Assembly: GCA_965240325.2 (NCBI GenBank)
Contig: OZ251226.1
Coordinates: forward strand, 434,001 to 498,000
Direction of reading: 5' to 3'
Length of the DNA: 64,000 nt
Source of the DNA: Rebecca billardiae RCC1528
Taxonomy: Eukaryota > Protista > Haptophyta
The notes under the pieces were generated by a model. The model saw nothing but the letters and a program-made list of their open reading frames with translations, was not told where the DNA came from and searched no databases. Positions 50,383 to 60,963 of the stretch are shown piece after piece. The translations under genes were made by a program, and so were the position numbers. The number at the start of each line of letters is the position of its first letter. Positions within the stretch are counted from its first letter, which is position 1.

Positions 50383-51278
50383 GTCAACTGTAGCGTACTA
50401 TCATAGATCGATTGCGCCAACTACGACGTGCCATCACTACCTATCCGCAATCGCGTGCCGACACCCGCACCGTTAAAGACTATGGCCGCGCAGCGCCCGG
50501 CTGCCAGTGGCCGTGTCTCATGACGGCCGACGAAGGTCCGAGTGGTCGTAACGCCGACCGTGAAATCGACGCAGAAAAGGATTTTCGCGCATTTACTGCG
50601 GAACAAAAGCGGGGCCGCGGCCGCCCGTCGGCTGGCGTCCCGCTGGCGATACGTCAGACAGGTCAGACAGGACGTAAGGTACCGGCCCGCACGCCGCGGC
50701 CTCGCACGGCGCGGAGAGCCAGAGGCAGATCCATGGGGCGACAGCCGCTCGCCCGCTCGGGCGCGGTCCAACTTGACGTTCTCGAGGTACGGTCGACAAC
50801 GCCGAACGACCCTGCACGCCTCACCTCAGACACCTCGCCGCACACAAGCGCGTTCACTAAACGGCCTCCATCGAGGCTCTCTGCCGTGGCCAGTCAATTT
50901 ACTGAAATATGAATTGAGTGAATACTGCCGTTATATATGTCCATCAGAGGACCGGGCTCGCCTCGTTGCCGTGCCGAATAGAACTAAAACAGGCCGCCTG
51001 CTGCTGCACCCTGCGGGTAAAATATTTTCATGCAGCTTATATTCACATCGTTCTAATTATTATTCAATAAGGTGTGCTATGATCATACAATCATTATAAT
51101 AATCATATTGCCTATATATTATTATTTATTAATATAACACGTTGACGAGCTAGTTCCGCATACTTCGTGCGCGCTGATGATGTTACATTATCGGTCAGTC
51201 GGTGAATATATATGGTGTACAGCTGCTCTACGTATACAACAGCCAATAAGCCGTAGTGCAGCGCGATATTGACGACAA

Positions 51279-52435
51279 TTACCTCTGCTCGGTGATGCTG
51301 ACGCTCGCCGTCGCAGCCGCGAGAGCGTCCTCCTCGCCCGCTGCCGCCTGCTTAGGACCGCGCCGGGGTAGGGTGCGGCGCCGGGCACGAGCGGCCAGGT
51401 GAGCACAACGCCAGCGACGGCCGTTGCGAGTGCGCGCGCGCGCGCGTCTCCGTGTCGCGCGCACGGGGCGCGAGCGCGCACCTTGGTGTGGGCGTTCGCG
51501 CTGTCCGCGCCCTGCGGCTGCTCATCGGGCTGAGCCGCGCGCCGAGGGAGCGCGTCGACGCACTTGTCGATCGAGACGGTCTCGGAGATGGCGTCCATCT
51601 TGGGCACGTAAGTGGTGAAGTGCGGGGTGGCGAAGTGCGCCTCGAGGTGCGCCATCGACGCCCACTCCTCCGTGATCACGAAGCGTGTCGGCGAGTCGGC
51701 CGACTTGACAAAGTTGTACTTGAGCACGCCGGGCTCGCGCCACGTGTGGTGCGCGAGCTTCTCCGCCATGGCAAGCCACTCGGCCTGGTTGGCCTCGGGC
51801 ACCTCCTTCGTCACGATCACATGCACCGCGCAGTGCGCCATCGGCGCGCTCGCCGCGTCCTCCGCCTTGGCCTTCTCCGCGGTCGCGGCGTCGTCCGCCT
51901 TGGTCGTGAGCAGCGGGTGCAGCGTGCGCCGGCCGTCGACGAAGACGGCGACCCACTCGGCGAGGCGCAGACCGAGGCGCTGGCACGCGAGCTTGTCGTG
52001 CTCGTTCCGCGGCTGCTTCGCCACCACCGCGCCGTAGTGCAGCGTGTGGATCTTGTCGACGTAGTCGGTCACGCCGAAGCTGAGGAAGCCGAAGTTCATC
52101 AGCACGGTCGACATGGCGAGGCAGGACATCTCGGCGCCGCCGCCGTGGCCGCCCTGCGAGGAGAAGACGGTGCAGAGCTTGCCGTCACATTTGTTCCAGT
52201 TGTCCGCGGCGAACTCGTCCCACCACTTCTTCATGCGCCACGCGATGCCGCCGAGGTTGGTCGGCGTGCCGACCGCGAGGCCGTCCGCCCACAGCACGTC
52301 CGCGTGCGTGCAGTCCTCGGTGGAGCGGAGGCGAATCTCGTGGCCGGGGATCTGCGCGGCGCCGGCGGCGACGAGCTTGCCCATCTGCGACGTGCAGTCC
52401 GTGTTCGAGTGGAAGAAGACGAGGATGCGGCCCAT
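51279..52435 (-). CDS. WrbA-type flavodoxin-like NAD(P)H:quinone oxidoreductase fused to an ABM (YgiN/LsrG-like) domain, ~340 aa; exons 52435-51482, 51347-51279
   Basis: WrbA: ILVFFHSNTDCTSQM (FMN loop), ADGLAVGTPTNLG, DGK..VFSSQGGHGGGAE, YGAV. ABM: TWREPGVLKY...PTRFVITEEWASMAHLEAHFATPHF. GT..AG intron 51481-51348. Confidence 0.88.
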
Positions 52436-52915
52436 GGTGCGTCGTGCGAGAGGCAAGGGAGTAATCGGCCGGAGGTTCTTGCGGCTGTCCGTTGCCGGTA
52501 GAGCGTTGCCCAGTAGCAAGCGTCGCCGGGGAACCTTGGCCTGGATTCCCCCTGCACAAGGCACTTGGGAGGCGGAGGACGCCGGCAGGTATCACTAGTA
52601 GGGAGGAAGTAGTAAGCAGTATTATAGCGGCGAGTTGCACCGGTGACCGGAAAGATCGCGGGCTTATCAGCTGCTGAGCGGGACTTGGAGGCTGCTGCTA
52701 CCCAGCGGGCTAAGCGAGTCGTAAAGATCGCGCGTCCTCAATATGGCTTGGCGAGATCCGTCCTGATTGATGGTGGATTCTCGTAACCAAAGGTCCATTC
52801 AGATTCTCGGCGGCCGCCGGAGATGCAGAAGGCGACCACCAAAGTTCTCTCTTCTATTCCTTTGGTTCCACGCAACCGCTACCGACTCCGATCAACCCGT
52901 CCTCAACCCGTGTAC

Positions 52916-55767
52916 ATGATGTCGTCCTCGTCCACCATGACTCGCCCGCTCCCGCTCGTCGGCTTCGACACGATCGACTGCAGCACCGACGCGGAGAACA
53001 CCAAGAAGACCATCCTCGAGGCCATTCGCTCCGGCATGCGCCTCTTCGACTGCGCCTCGCTCCACGGCAACGAGAAGGAGGTCGGCGCGGCGCTGCGCGC
53101 CGCGATCGACGCCGGCGAGGTGTCGCGCGAGGAGCTCTACATCGTGTCCAAGCTGTGGTGCGCGGACGCGGCGCCGGAGGATGTCGAGGCCGCATGCCGC
53201 AGCACGCTCGAGGACCTCGGCCTCGACTACCTCGACGAGTACTCCATGCACTGGTGCGTGTCGCGCGGCGCGCCGGTACTCGACACCGCCTAACCGCGCG
53301 CGCGCCAGCCAGGCGCATCAGCTGCCAGCCGCTTCGCGCGCGGGCCCACACGGCCGCCCGACCGCTCTCGCGCGTACTCATGCTCTCGCGCCCACCCGCT
53401 CGACCCCGCGCGCCGTGCAGGCCCGTGCGCATGACGCCCGAGTCGGACGCGGTCGACTTTGAGCTCGTGCACAGCGGCACGCGCGCGGGCATCGCCGAGA
53501 CGTACGCGGCGATGGAGAAGCTCGTGGAGGCTGGCCTCGTGCGCACGCTCGGCGTGTCCAACATGAACGCGCGCATGCTCACCGAGCTCGTCGCGGACTG
53601 CGCCATCAAGCCGCGCGTGCTGCACGTCGAGATGCACCCGTTCCTGAGCCAGCGCGAGCTGCTCGAGCACTGCCAGACGCTCGGCATCCAGCCCGCCGCG
53701 CACTTCCCGCTGGGCATGGTGCGCGGCCGCCGTGGTGCCGCGCCCACGTGCGCCGCGCCCGACGCACGCCCGCACAGCGCGCGCCGCCGCTTGGCCCGAC
53801 CGCTCACCTCGCTCCCCGCGCGCGCGCACGCGCACACGCCACGCCGCCTCGTCGTCCGCGCGCAGGTGGGCGCCGCGGCGGTGCGCGCGCACGCTGACCT
53901 TCGCCTCTACCCGGCCGTCCAGGCGCTCGCGCTCGAGGTGGGCAAGTCGGCGACCGAGGTGCTTCTTCGCTGGGGCGTGCAGCGCGGCACGACGGTGATG
54001 CACACCTCCGTCGAGACCTCCGTCCTCGGCGTGCTCGACTGGCAGCTCACGGAGGAGCAGCTGGGCCGCCTCGACGAGCTCGAGCAGGGCCTCCGGTTCG
54101 CGCGCGTGCCGTGGTTCGACTTCGACGCGAAGCCGCCGCTCAACGTGAACGTGGCGCCGCCGGGGCAGCCGCTCGTGAAGGAGGGCGAGGAGGACGAGCG
54201 CGGCTTCTACCGCAACACCTTCGGCCGCAGCGGCAAGACGATGCACACCGAGGTCGTCATCCGGCGCGGCCTGCTCAAGCGCGACGAGCTCGCGGCCAAC
54301 GCGAAGCACTTCCTGCCCGAGAAGTGCCACGGCGCGCCGATCCACGTGGTGACGGACACGGTGGTGGACAAGATCTATGGCGAGCAGGTGGTCGCCGGCC
54401 TGCGCGCCGCCGGGCTCGAGGTGCACAAGACCGTGATGCCCTCCGATCTCGCCGACGCCGCGGGCGAGCCCTCGACCGAGCACCACAAGACGATGGCTGT
54501 GCTCGCCAACTGCGCGGACGAGATCCTGCTCAACGGCATCAACAAGAACTCGGCGATCGTCTCGCTCGGCGGCGGCGTAGTGAACAACCTGGCGGGCGTG
54601 CTCGCGGGCATGCTGTACCGCGGCATCTCGCTCGTGCACCTGCCCACCACCACCATGTCCACCTTCGACGCGGCGCTCGACTTCAAGCAGGCGGTCAACC
54701 ACCCGCTCGGCAAGAACCTGCTCGGCTGCTACTACCCGGCGACCACGATCGCGATCGACCCGGACGCGCTCTCCACGCTCACGGAGCGGCACATCCTCAA
54801 CGGCATCTCGGAGGCGCTCAAGCACGGGCTCACGCAGTCGCGCGAGCTCACCGACATGATCGTCGACCCGCTGCGCGCGGGCAAGCCGCTCACGGACGGA
54901 GAGTACCTCGAGCGCATCTGCAAGGCGGCGCTCGAGATCAAGGCGCCCACGCTCGACGCGTACGAGAAGACGGACTACAACGAGGTGTGCCCGCAGTACG
55001 GGCACGCGATCGGGCACGCGGTCGAGCACCTCTCGTGGAGCGGCCCGCTGCACCGCCCGCTGCTCCACGGCGAGGCCGTCGCCATCGGCATGTGCGTCTC
55101 CGCCGAGATCGCGCTGCGCAAGGGCATCTGCACGCAGGCGGTCGTGGACGAGCACTACGAGCTGATCGGCGCGACCGGCCTGCCCACGTTCGTGCCGCGC
55201 TCGATGGACGCGGACAAGCTGGTGCGCCAGATGCGCTTCGACAAGCACACGCTCAAGAACCCGGCGATGGGCCTCTGCGCCGCGATCGGCGGCATGGCCA
55301 CTGACGCGGAGAACGGCACCTACTTCTTCGACACGAGCGTCGACGAGCTGCACGCCGCGCTCGAGGCGAACGCCGCGCGCCGCGACGTGTCCGAGGGCTG
55401 CGTGCAGTGCGCGCCCGAGCCGGTGCGCGCCGCCGAGCCCAAGGCCACCGAGCCGAAGCCGCCCACCGCCGGCTCCACGAACGACCCTGACGCGGAGCGC
55501 AGCACGCCGCCGCCGGAGGTGCCGGAGGTGGACCCGACGCCGGTGGTCGAGCTGCCGCCGCTGCAGCCGTTCGTGCGCGCGGTCGACCACGAGAAGCTGG
55601 ACCAGTACCGCCGCGAGTACATGCAGTACCGCATGGGCTCGGCGTGGGGCTCGCGCGGCGAGCTCGAGCGCCTGGCGAGGTCGCGTGGCAAGCAGGCGCG
55701 CGCCGGCAACTCGATGACGTCGACGCAGCAGCAGCAGCAGCAGCAGCCCATGGTCGGCGCCGCATAA
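52916..55767 (+). CDS. Aldo-keto reductase fused to a sugar-phosphate cyclase (2-deoxy-scyllo-inosose synthase-like, DHQS superfamily); exons 52916-53253, 53421-53718, 53866-55767
   Basis: AKR: GMRLFDCA, REELYIVSKLW, LDYLDEYSMHWP (across intron 1), MEKLVEAGLVRTLGVSN, EMHPFL, LRWGVQRG. Cyclase: LGGGVVNNLAG, YRGISLVHLPTT, KQAVNHPLGKNLLGCYYP, EALKH, YGHAIGHAVE, HGEAVAIGM. The frame is continuous from the AKR C-terminus into the cyclase. Start may be 52937. Confidence 0.88.
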
Positions 55768-56238
55768 ATGCGCGCTGGCAATGCTGACCAAGATTGACAC
55801 TGTGGCTGCCCACCCGCTGTGATGAAGTCGAAGACGCAAGCAAATCATCAGCATGATCATCATCATCTCATAATCAATAAGTAGCAAAATAAGCAGCGCT
55901 CTGATGCTTGCTAGTGTCTCAGCGTACTGCCCTGTGACGGCCGACTCGGCTGATGTCGGCCGTGGGCCGTCGGCAGCCTCGGCAGGGCGCCGCCATCATA
56001 ATATAGAGACATTATTCGTCATTCGCGCGGCCGGCAAGTTCCGCGCGCGCGGGCCGACGAACTCGGCAACGGACACGGTTGCAAGCCGCGCGCCATATAT
56101 CATCGCAGTGACGCGAAGTTCTAACTACGAATCAGGCTGCGCGCCGCCCAGTCGGTAGTTACGAACTAGCAGTAGCTACTCAGCAATACGTCGCACAGTC
56201 GATTATTGTCGATCGACGCCGGGCTAATGATCATATCA

Positions 56239-57563
56239 TCAGTCCTTCACGCCCATGCGCTTGCGCCGCACATCACGCGCGTTTGCTGCCTGCCGCTCGT
56301 CCATGCGCGCCATGAACGCCTGCTTTTCGATGTACCCGTCCTTGGCGAACTTGTCCATCGCCTCGACCTCCTCCTCCGCCTGCGCGCTCTTGAACTTGCG
56401 CCAATCGAGCTGCGACTTCTCCATCGTCGACATCTTCTTCGGCTTGTCGATCTTGGCGAGGAGGGCCGCCATGCCGCCGCCGCCGCCGGCAGCGGCGGGC
56501 AGCGCGGGCGCGGGCCGCGCGGGCGGCGCGCCGGGCGGCGCGGCGGGAGTGCCGCCGCCGCCGCTCCCACCGCCGGCGCGCAGCGCGGCGAGCGCCGCCT
56601 TGGCTCGCGCCTCGCTGCTCCCGACCGGCGCGGCAACGCCCCTGGCGCCTGGCAGGCTGCCGCCGCTGCCGCCGCGAGCAACGGCGCCGCTCGCACCGGC
56701 GGCGCCGCCAGCGACTCGGAGGGCGAGCTCCTCCTTGCTGCCGATCTTCACCTCGCGCTCAACCTCGATCTTCTCCCCCGCAAAATCCTTCGTCTCCTTG
56801 ACAATGATGACGCCCGGCTTGGCCGCAGCCTTGCCGCCGCCGCCGCCGCCGCCGCCGAGCGCGCCGAGGCTGGCGATGCCGCCGACCGTCGACGCGGCGG
56901 GCTTCTTCGGCGCGCTAGAGGACGGCCCCTGCATCGATGCCCAGATGTCGTCGATCGACGAGCTCGGCTTCGAGCCCGCGCCCGTGCTGCTCGCACCCTC
57001 GGCCCCACCGCCCCCCCCAGCTTTGGCGCCCGCGCCCCTCGCGGCCGGTGTCGGCTTGGCGTTCAGCTCAGCCCACAGCGAGTCGACCTTGCTCTTCTCG
57101 GCTTCGGAGGGCTCTTCGAGCGCCTGGGCGGCCGGCTCTGCCTGTTCCTCCTGCTCGAGCAGGTGCTCCTCGCCCTCAAGCACGATGCCACCTTGCCTGC
57201 AGGGCGAGGGTGGCGCACGCGTGCAGCCGCGCGTGACGGGGTCACACACCGCGCAGCGCGCGCGCGCTGAGCGCGGCGCGCAAGCGGCGAGTCGCGCGAG
57301 TGCGCACCGGCCACCGGCGCCACGCCGACCCTTGGGCTTGGCCTTTGAGCCGCGCGCCTTCTTCTTGGCCGGGCCGTCGCCGTCGCTGTCGTCACCTGCT
57401 CAACGAGCGGTGCGCGGACGTGCGGGCGCGCCGTGAGCATCGTCACTGCGCGCGGCAGGTGCACTCGCGCGGCGCCAACGGAGGGCCACCGTGGCAGGGG
57501 CGTACCGTCAGGGACATAGTCCTCGTCCTCCTCGCTGTCGTAGTCCTCCAGCGGGTCAGGCAT
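56239..57563 (-). CDS. CFDP1: BCNT-domain protein (CFDP1/Swc5, SWR1 complex); exons 57563-57506, 57395-57308, 57196-56239
   Basis: Acidic N-terminus YDSEEDEDYVP, then VDSLWAEL, DFAGEKIEV and the BCNT C-terminus KMSTMEKSQLDWRKFK...DGYIEKQAF. Two frame-consistent introns. Confidence 0.88.
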
Positions 57564-57822
57564 CGTCCCCCACGCTCAGGCGGGCGCCGGCACTGCCACG
57601 CGCGCAAGCGGTCCTGACCACCGTCTCTCAGCTTGTTTCGTCTCGATCGGCGGGTGCGCAAGGCGCAGGACTCGCGAAAGCGCGCGCAGCATTCTTCCGG
57701 ACTCTGGGAGATGACGCCGCCGTTCCGTTGCCGTTGGTCGACATGAAGCTGAAAGCACCCTCCCCGGCTCGCGCGTCCACAAACCCGCCTCGGCAGCAGC
57801 GCCGAGCGCGACGACGACGGCG

Positions 57823-60683
57823 ATGTTCTCGAAGTGCACCATCCCGAGCTCGCCACAGCGACCCCGCCGCAAGCGCTGCTCGCCCGCAACCGTAGAGTGC
57901 GAAACTCGAGTTTCCGTCGCGGCCGCTGGTCCGGACACGCCAAAGGGCTCGGCGCCGGTGGCCTCCGCGATCCTCCTCGAGACGCCCAACTTGCGCATCT
58001 CGTGCGCGAGCTCGTCGGCGTCGAGCGTGCACTCCTCCACGTCGGCATGCATCGGCGTCGAGCTGCCCGGGGCGGAGGCAGACGTCAGCATGGCACCATC
58101 CATCGGCATCGACGTGTGCTCACCGACGGCAGACCTCAGGAGGAAGGCGAGAAAAAATCCGCGATCAATGAGCCATGCGGGCGTACGTACCTCGGCGTAC
58201 GACCTGGCGCGCGCCGAGGTAAAGGTCGCCGCGCCGCGCTACCGATGGGACTTCGAGTTTGAGGACCGTCAGCTCGAGGCGGACTACCGGAACGACGAGG
58301 TGAAGGACGTCCTCCAGCGCCGGATGACGGCCTGGTCCGTCACGATCATCGCGCTGACCACCGCGTGGGTGGTGGCGGACGCCATCGTCTCCTCCGGCCG
58401 GAACGTGCTGTATGTGGCCTTTGGCGCCGCCGTCTCGGCCGTCTACCTCGGCACCTGCGCGTACGCCGCCGCGGCGGCGCGGTACGACCTGCCGCTCGGC
58501 CTGACCGAGGGCGTGCTCGTGTGCACCTTCTTGCTCAGCTCGGTCGCCTTCACCGCCCTCCTTGGACGTTCGAGCGGGGCGGAGCTGTTCGACGTGCGCA
58601 CGCCGACCAGCGCGGCCATCACGTACCCGCCGTGCCTGCTGCTCCAGTCCGCCACGGTGCTCTCGCTCATGGCGGTCTTCATGCCGATCCGCCCGGTGTT
58701 CTACGCGGTGATGGCGCTGACGCCGGCGCTCGCCACCGTCGTCGACGGCACCGTCGAGCACGTCGCCGCGTTCCAGCGCGGCGGCCTGAGCGGCGGCGAG
58801 CGGCTGTGCGCGCTCGTGCGCGTGCTCTGCGCCCAGCTGTCCTTCCTCGCGCTCGTCCTCGTGCTGATCGTGATCAACGCGCACATCTCGCGCGTGCACC
58901 GCGGCGCGTACCACTTCTACCGCTCGTTCGAGCACGGGCTGCGCGAGCGGCAGCGCCTCGTGCGCGCAGAGGCGGAGCGCGAGGCGGCCAAGGCGGCGCG
59001 CAGCCGGCTCATTCGCATGGTGCGAGCCGCGCGCGCGTGGCGCGCTCTCAGCCGCTCTCAAGCCCCTCTCTCTCCCGCGCGGCCTCGCCCGCTGACGCGG
59101 AGCCCGCGCGCGCGATGGTGCGCCCCCGACTGCGCGCGCCGCGCCGCGCCCTCAGGTGATGCACGACCTGCGCAGCCCGCTGCTGAGCGTCTCCCACCTC
59201 GCCGCCCTCCTCGCCGAGACGGCGCCGTCGACCTGCCTCTCCGACCAGGAAGTTGCGGGGAACCTTCGCTCGCTCATGGTCTGGTGCGCGCGCACTGCCC
59301 CTACCCCCCGCCCCACGCGGCGCCGCGGCGGCTCGGCTTGACGCGCGCACGCGCGCGCGCGGCCGACCCCGCCGCGCGCGCAGCTCCGAGCTGATGCAGA
59401 ACATCATCTCCGACATGCTCGACTTCGAGCGGATCGAGTCCGGGCGCCTGGTGCTCGTGCGAGCGCCCTTCATGCTGGCGCAGCTGCTCGAAGCGGGCCT
59501 CGCCTCGTTCGGCGGGCTGGCCAAGGCGAAGGGCGTGCACCTGCACGCGCGGCCGCTGGCGCCGTCGCTCGCGAGCACGGCCTACATTGGCGACGCGCGC
59601 CGGCTGCAGCAGTGCCTGAACAACGGCATCTCGAACGCGGTGCGCGCAGCCTGCGCGCGGCGTCGCGCGGGGCCACGCCGGCGCGCGCGAGACCGCCGCG
59701 CCGCTCCGACCTGAAGCAAGCGCGCGCGCGCGCGCCGCGCGCCGCGCGCGCAGATCAAGTTCACCGAGGCGGGCGGCAGCGTGACGCTGCGCGCGGAAGC
59801 GGAGGGCCCGCGCGCGGCGCTCGAGCCCGCGGCGGGCGCCGCGGTGCTCGTCGAGGTGCGCGACACGGGCTGCGGCCTCACGGCAGCCGAGCTGCTCTCG
59901 CTCAACAGCGGCGAGGCGTTCACGCAGGTCGGCCGCGGCCAGCTGCAGGGCAGCGGCGGCACCGGGCTGGGGCTGAGCATCGTGCGGCAACTGGTCGAGC
60001 TGCATGGCCCCGGCTCAGGGCTGGAAGTGAGCTCGGACGGGCCGGGGTGCGGCACGTCGTTCCGGCTGCACCTCGAGCTCGAGCGCGCAGCGGCCGGCAG
60101 CGTGCCGCCGCGCATCGCCCACCAGCCGAGCGGCGGCGCGCCCGCCTGCGCCGAGCCATCCGCGCGCGCGGCCAAGCGCACGCCGCTCGCGTGGCCACCG
60201 GACTTTCGAGTCCTGCACGTCGAGGACGACGCCGTGCTGCGGCGCACGATGCAGCTGCGCGTGTTCCGCCCGCTCGGCGTGCCGTTCGACGTGGCGGAGG
60301 ACGGCGCGGGCGCGGTGCGCCTGATCGCCGAGCGGCGGGAGGGCCGCACGTACGCCGTCGTGATCATGGACAACCAGATGCCTCTGATGACGGGCGAGGC
60401 GGCGACGCGCGCGCTGCGCGCCAGCGGCTTCAGCGGCGTGATCATCGGCATGACGGGCGACCCGATGGGCTGCCCGGAGCGCAACGCGTTCGAGGCGGCC
60501 GGGCTGAACGCGTGCTACGACAAGGATCGCTCGGGCACCGTCGCTCTCGGCGCGAGTCTCGCGGGGTTTGCGCTCGGCCCCGCCGACGCCACCGAGGATG
60601 CCGGCACGCTTGGGTTGCCGGCTGCTGTGCACGCCTGCAACGCTGCCGGGACCGCCGTGCCGCGCGATGACGAGAGGGATTAG
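57823..60683 (+). CDS. Membrane-bound hybrid histidine kinase (TM sensor, HisKA, HATPase, receiver); introns 59020-59155, 59284-59383, 59640-59753; start uncertain
   Basis: About 5-6 TMs. H-box MVMHDLRSPL, N-box GDARRLQQCLNNGISNAIKFT, G-boxes DTGCG and GTGLGLSI. Receiver LHVEDD...IMDNQMP...GMTG...K. Confidence 0.88.
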
Positions 60684-60963
60684 CAGCCATCGCGCTCGCG
60701 TAGACGTGCGAATGTGAGCGGGCGGCACGGCGGCGGGTTGGATGCCACGGTGCTGTGGAAGAGATGCTCCTCAGCCTGCCGTACAGTCGTCAGGACTTTG
60801 GCCAGCCATCGTGTCGTGCGTCCGCGCAGGCGTGTCCGCTTTGTGTCCGCCGCCCGCCGCCCGGATGCACACAGGCAGGCCGCTGTTGATCACAAGTCCG
60901 GTGACCACCGCCCAGCTTGAATTTTCGAAGGCGCCAAGGCTGGCGTGGTGGTGAGCACATCCG

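Noticed and set aside
48956-51099. Short ORFs between RNASEK and the WrbA fusion
   Set aside because: No motifs, mixed composition, and overlap with the MITE and stuttering intergenic DNA.
54240-55380. Ordinary shikimate-pathway 3-dehydroquinate synthase, or MAA/gadusol cyclase (DDGS/EEVS)
   Set aside because: Key motifs fit DOIS better (N for D, KQAVN, YYP). There is no plastid-targeting or AROM context, and no O-methyltransferase or ATP-grasp neighbour. Not fully excluded without a phylogeny.
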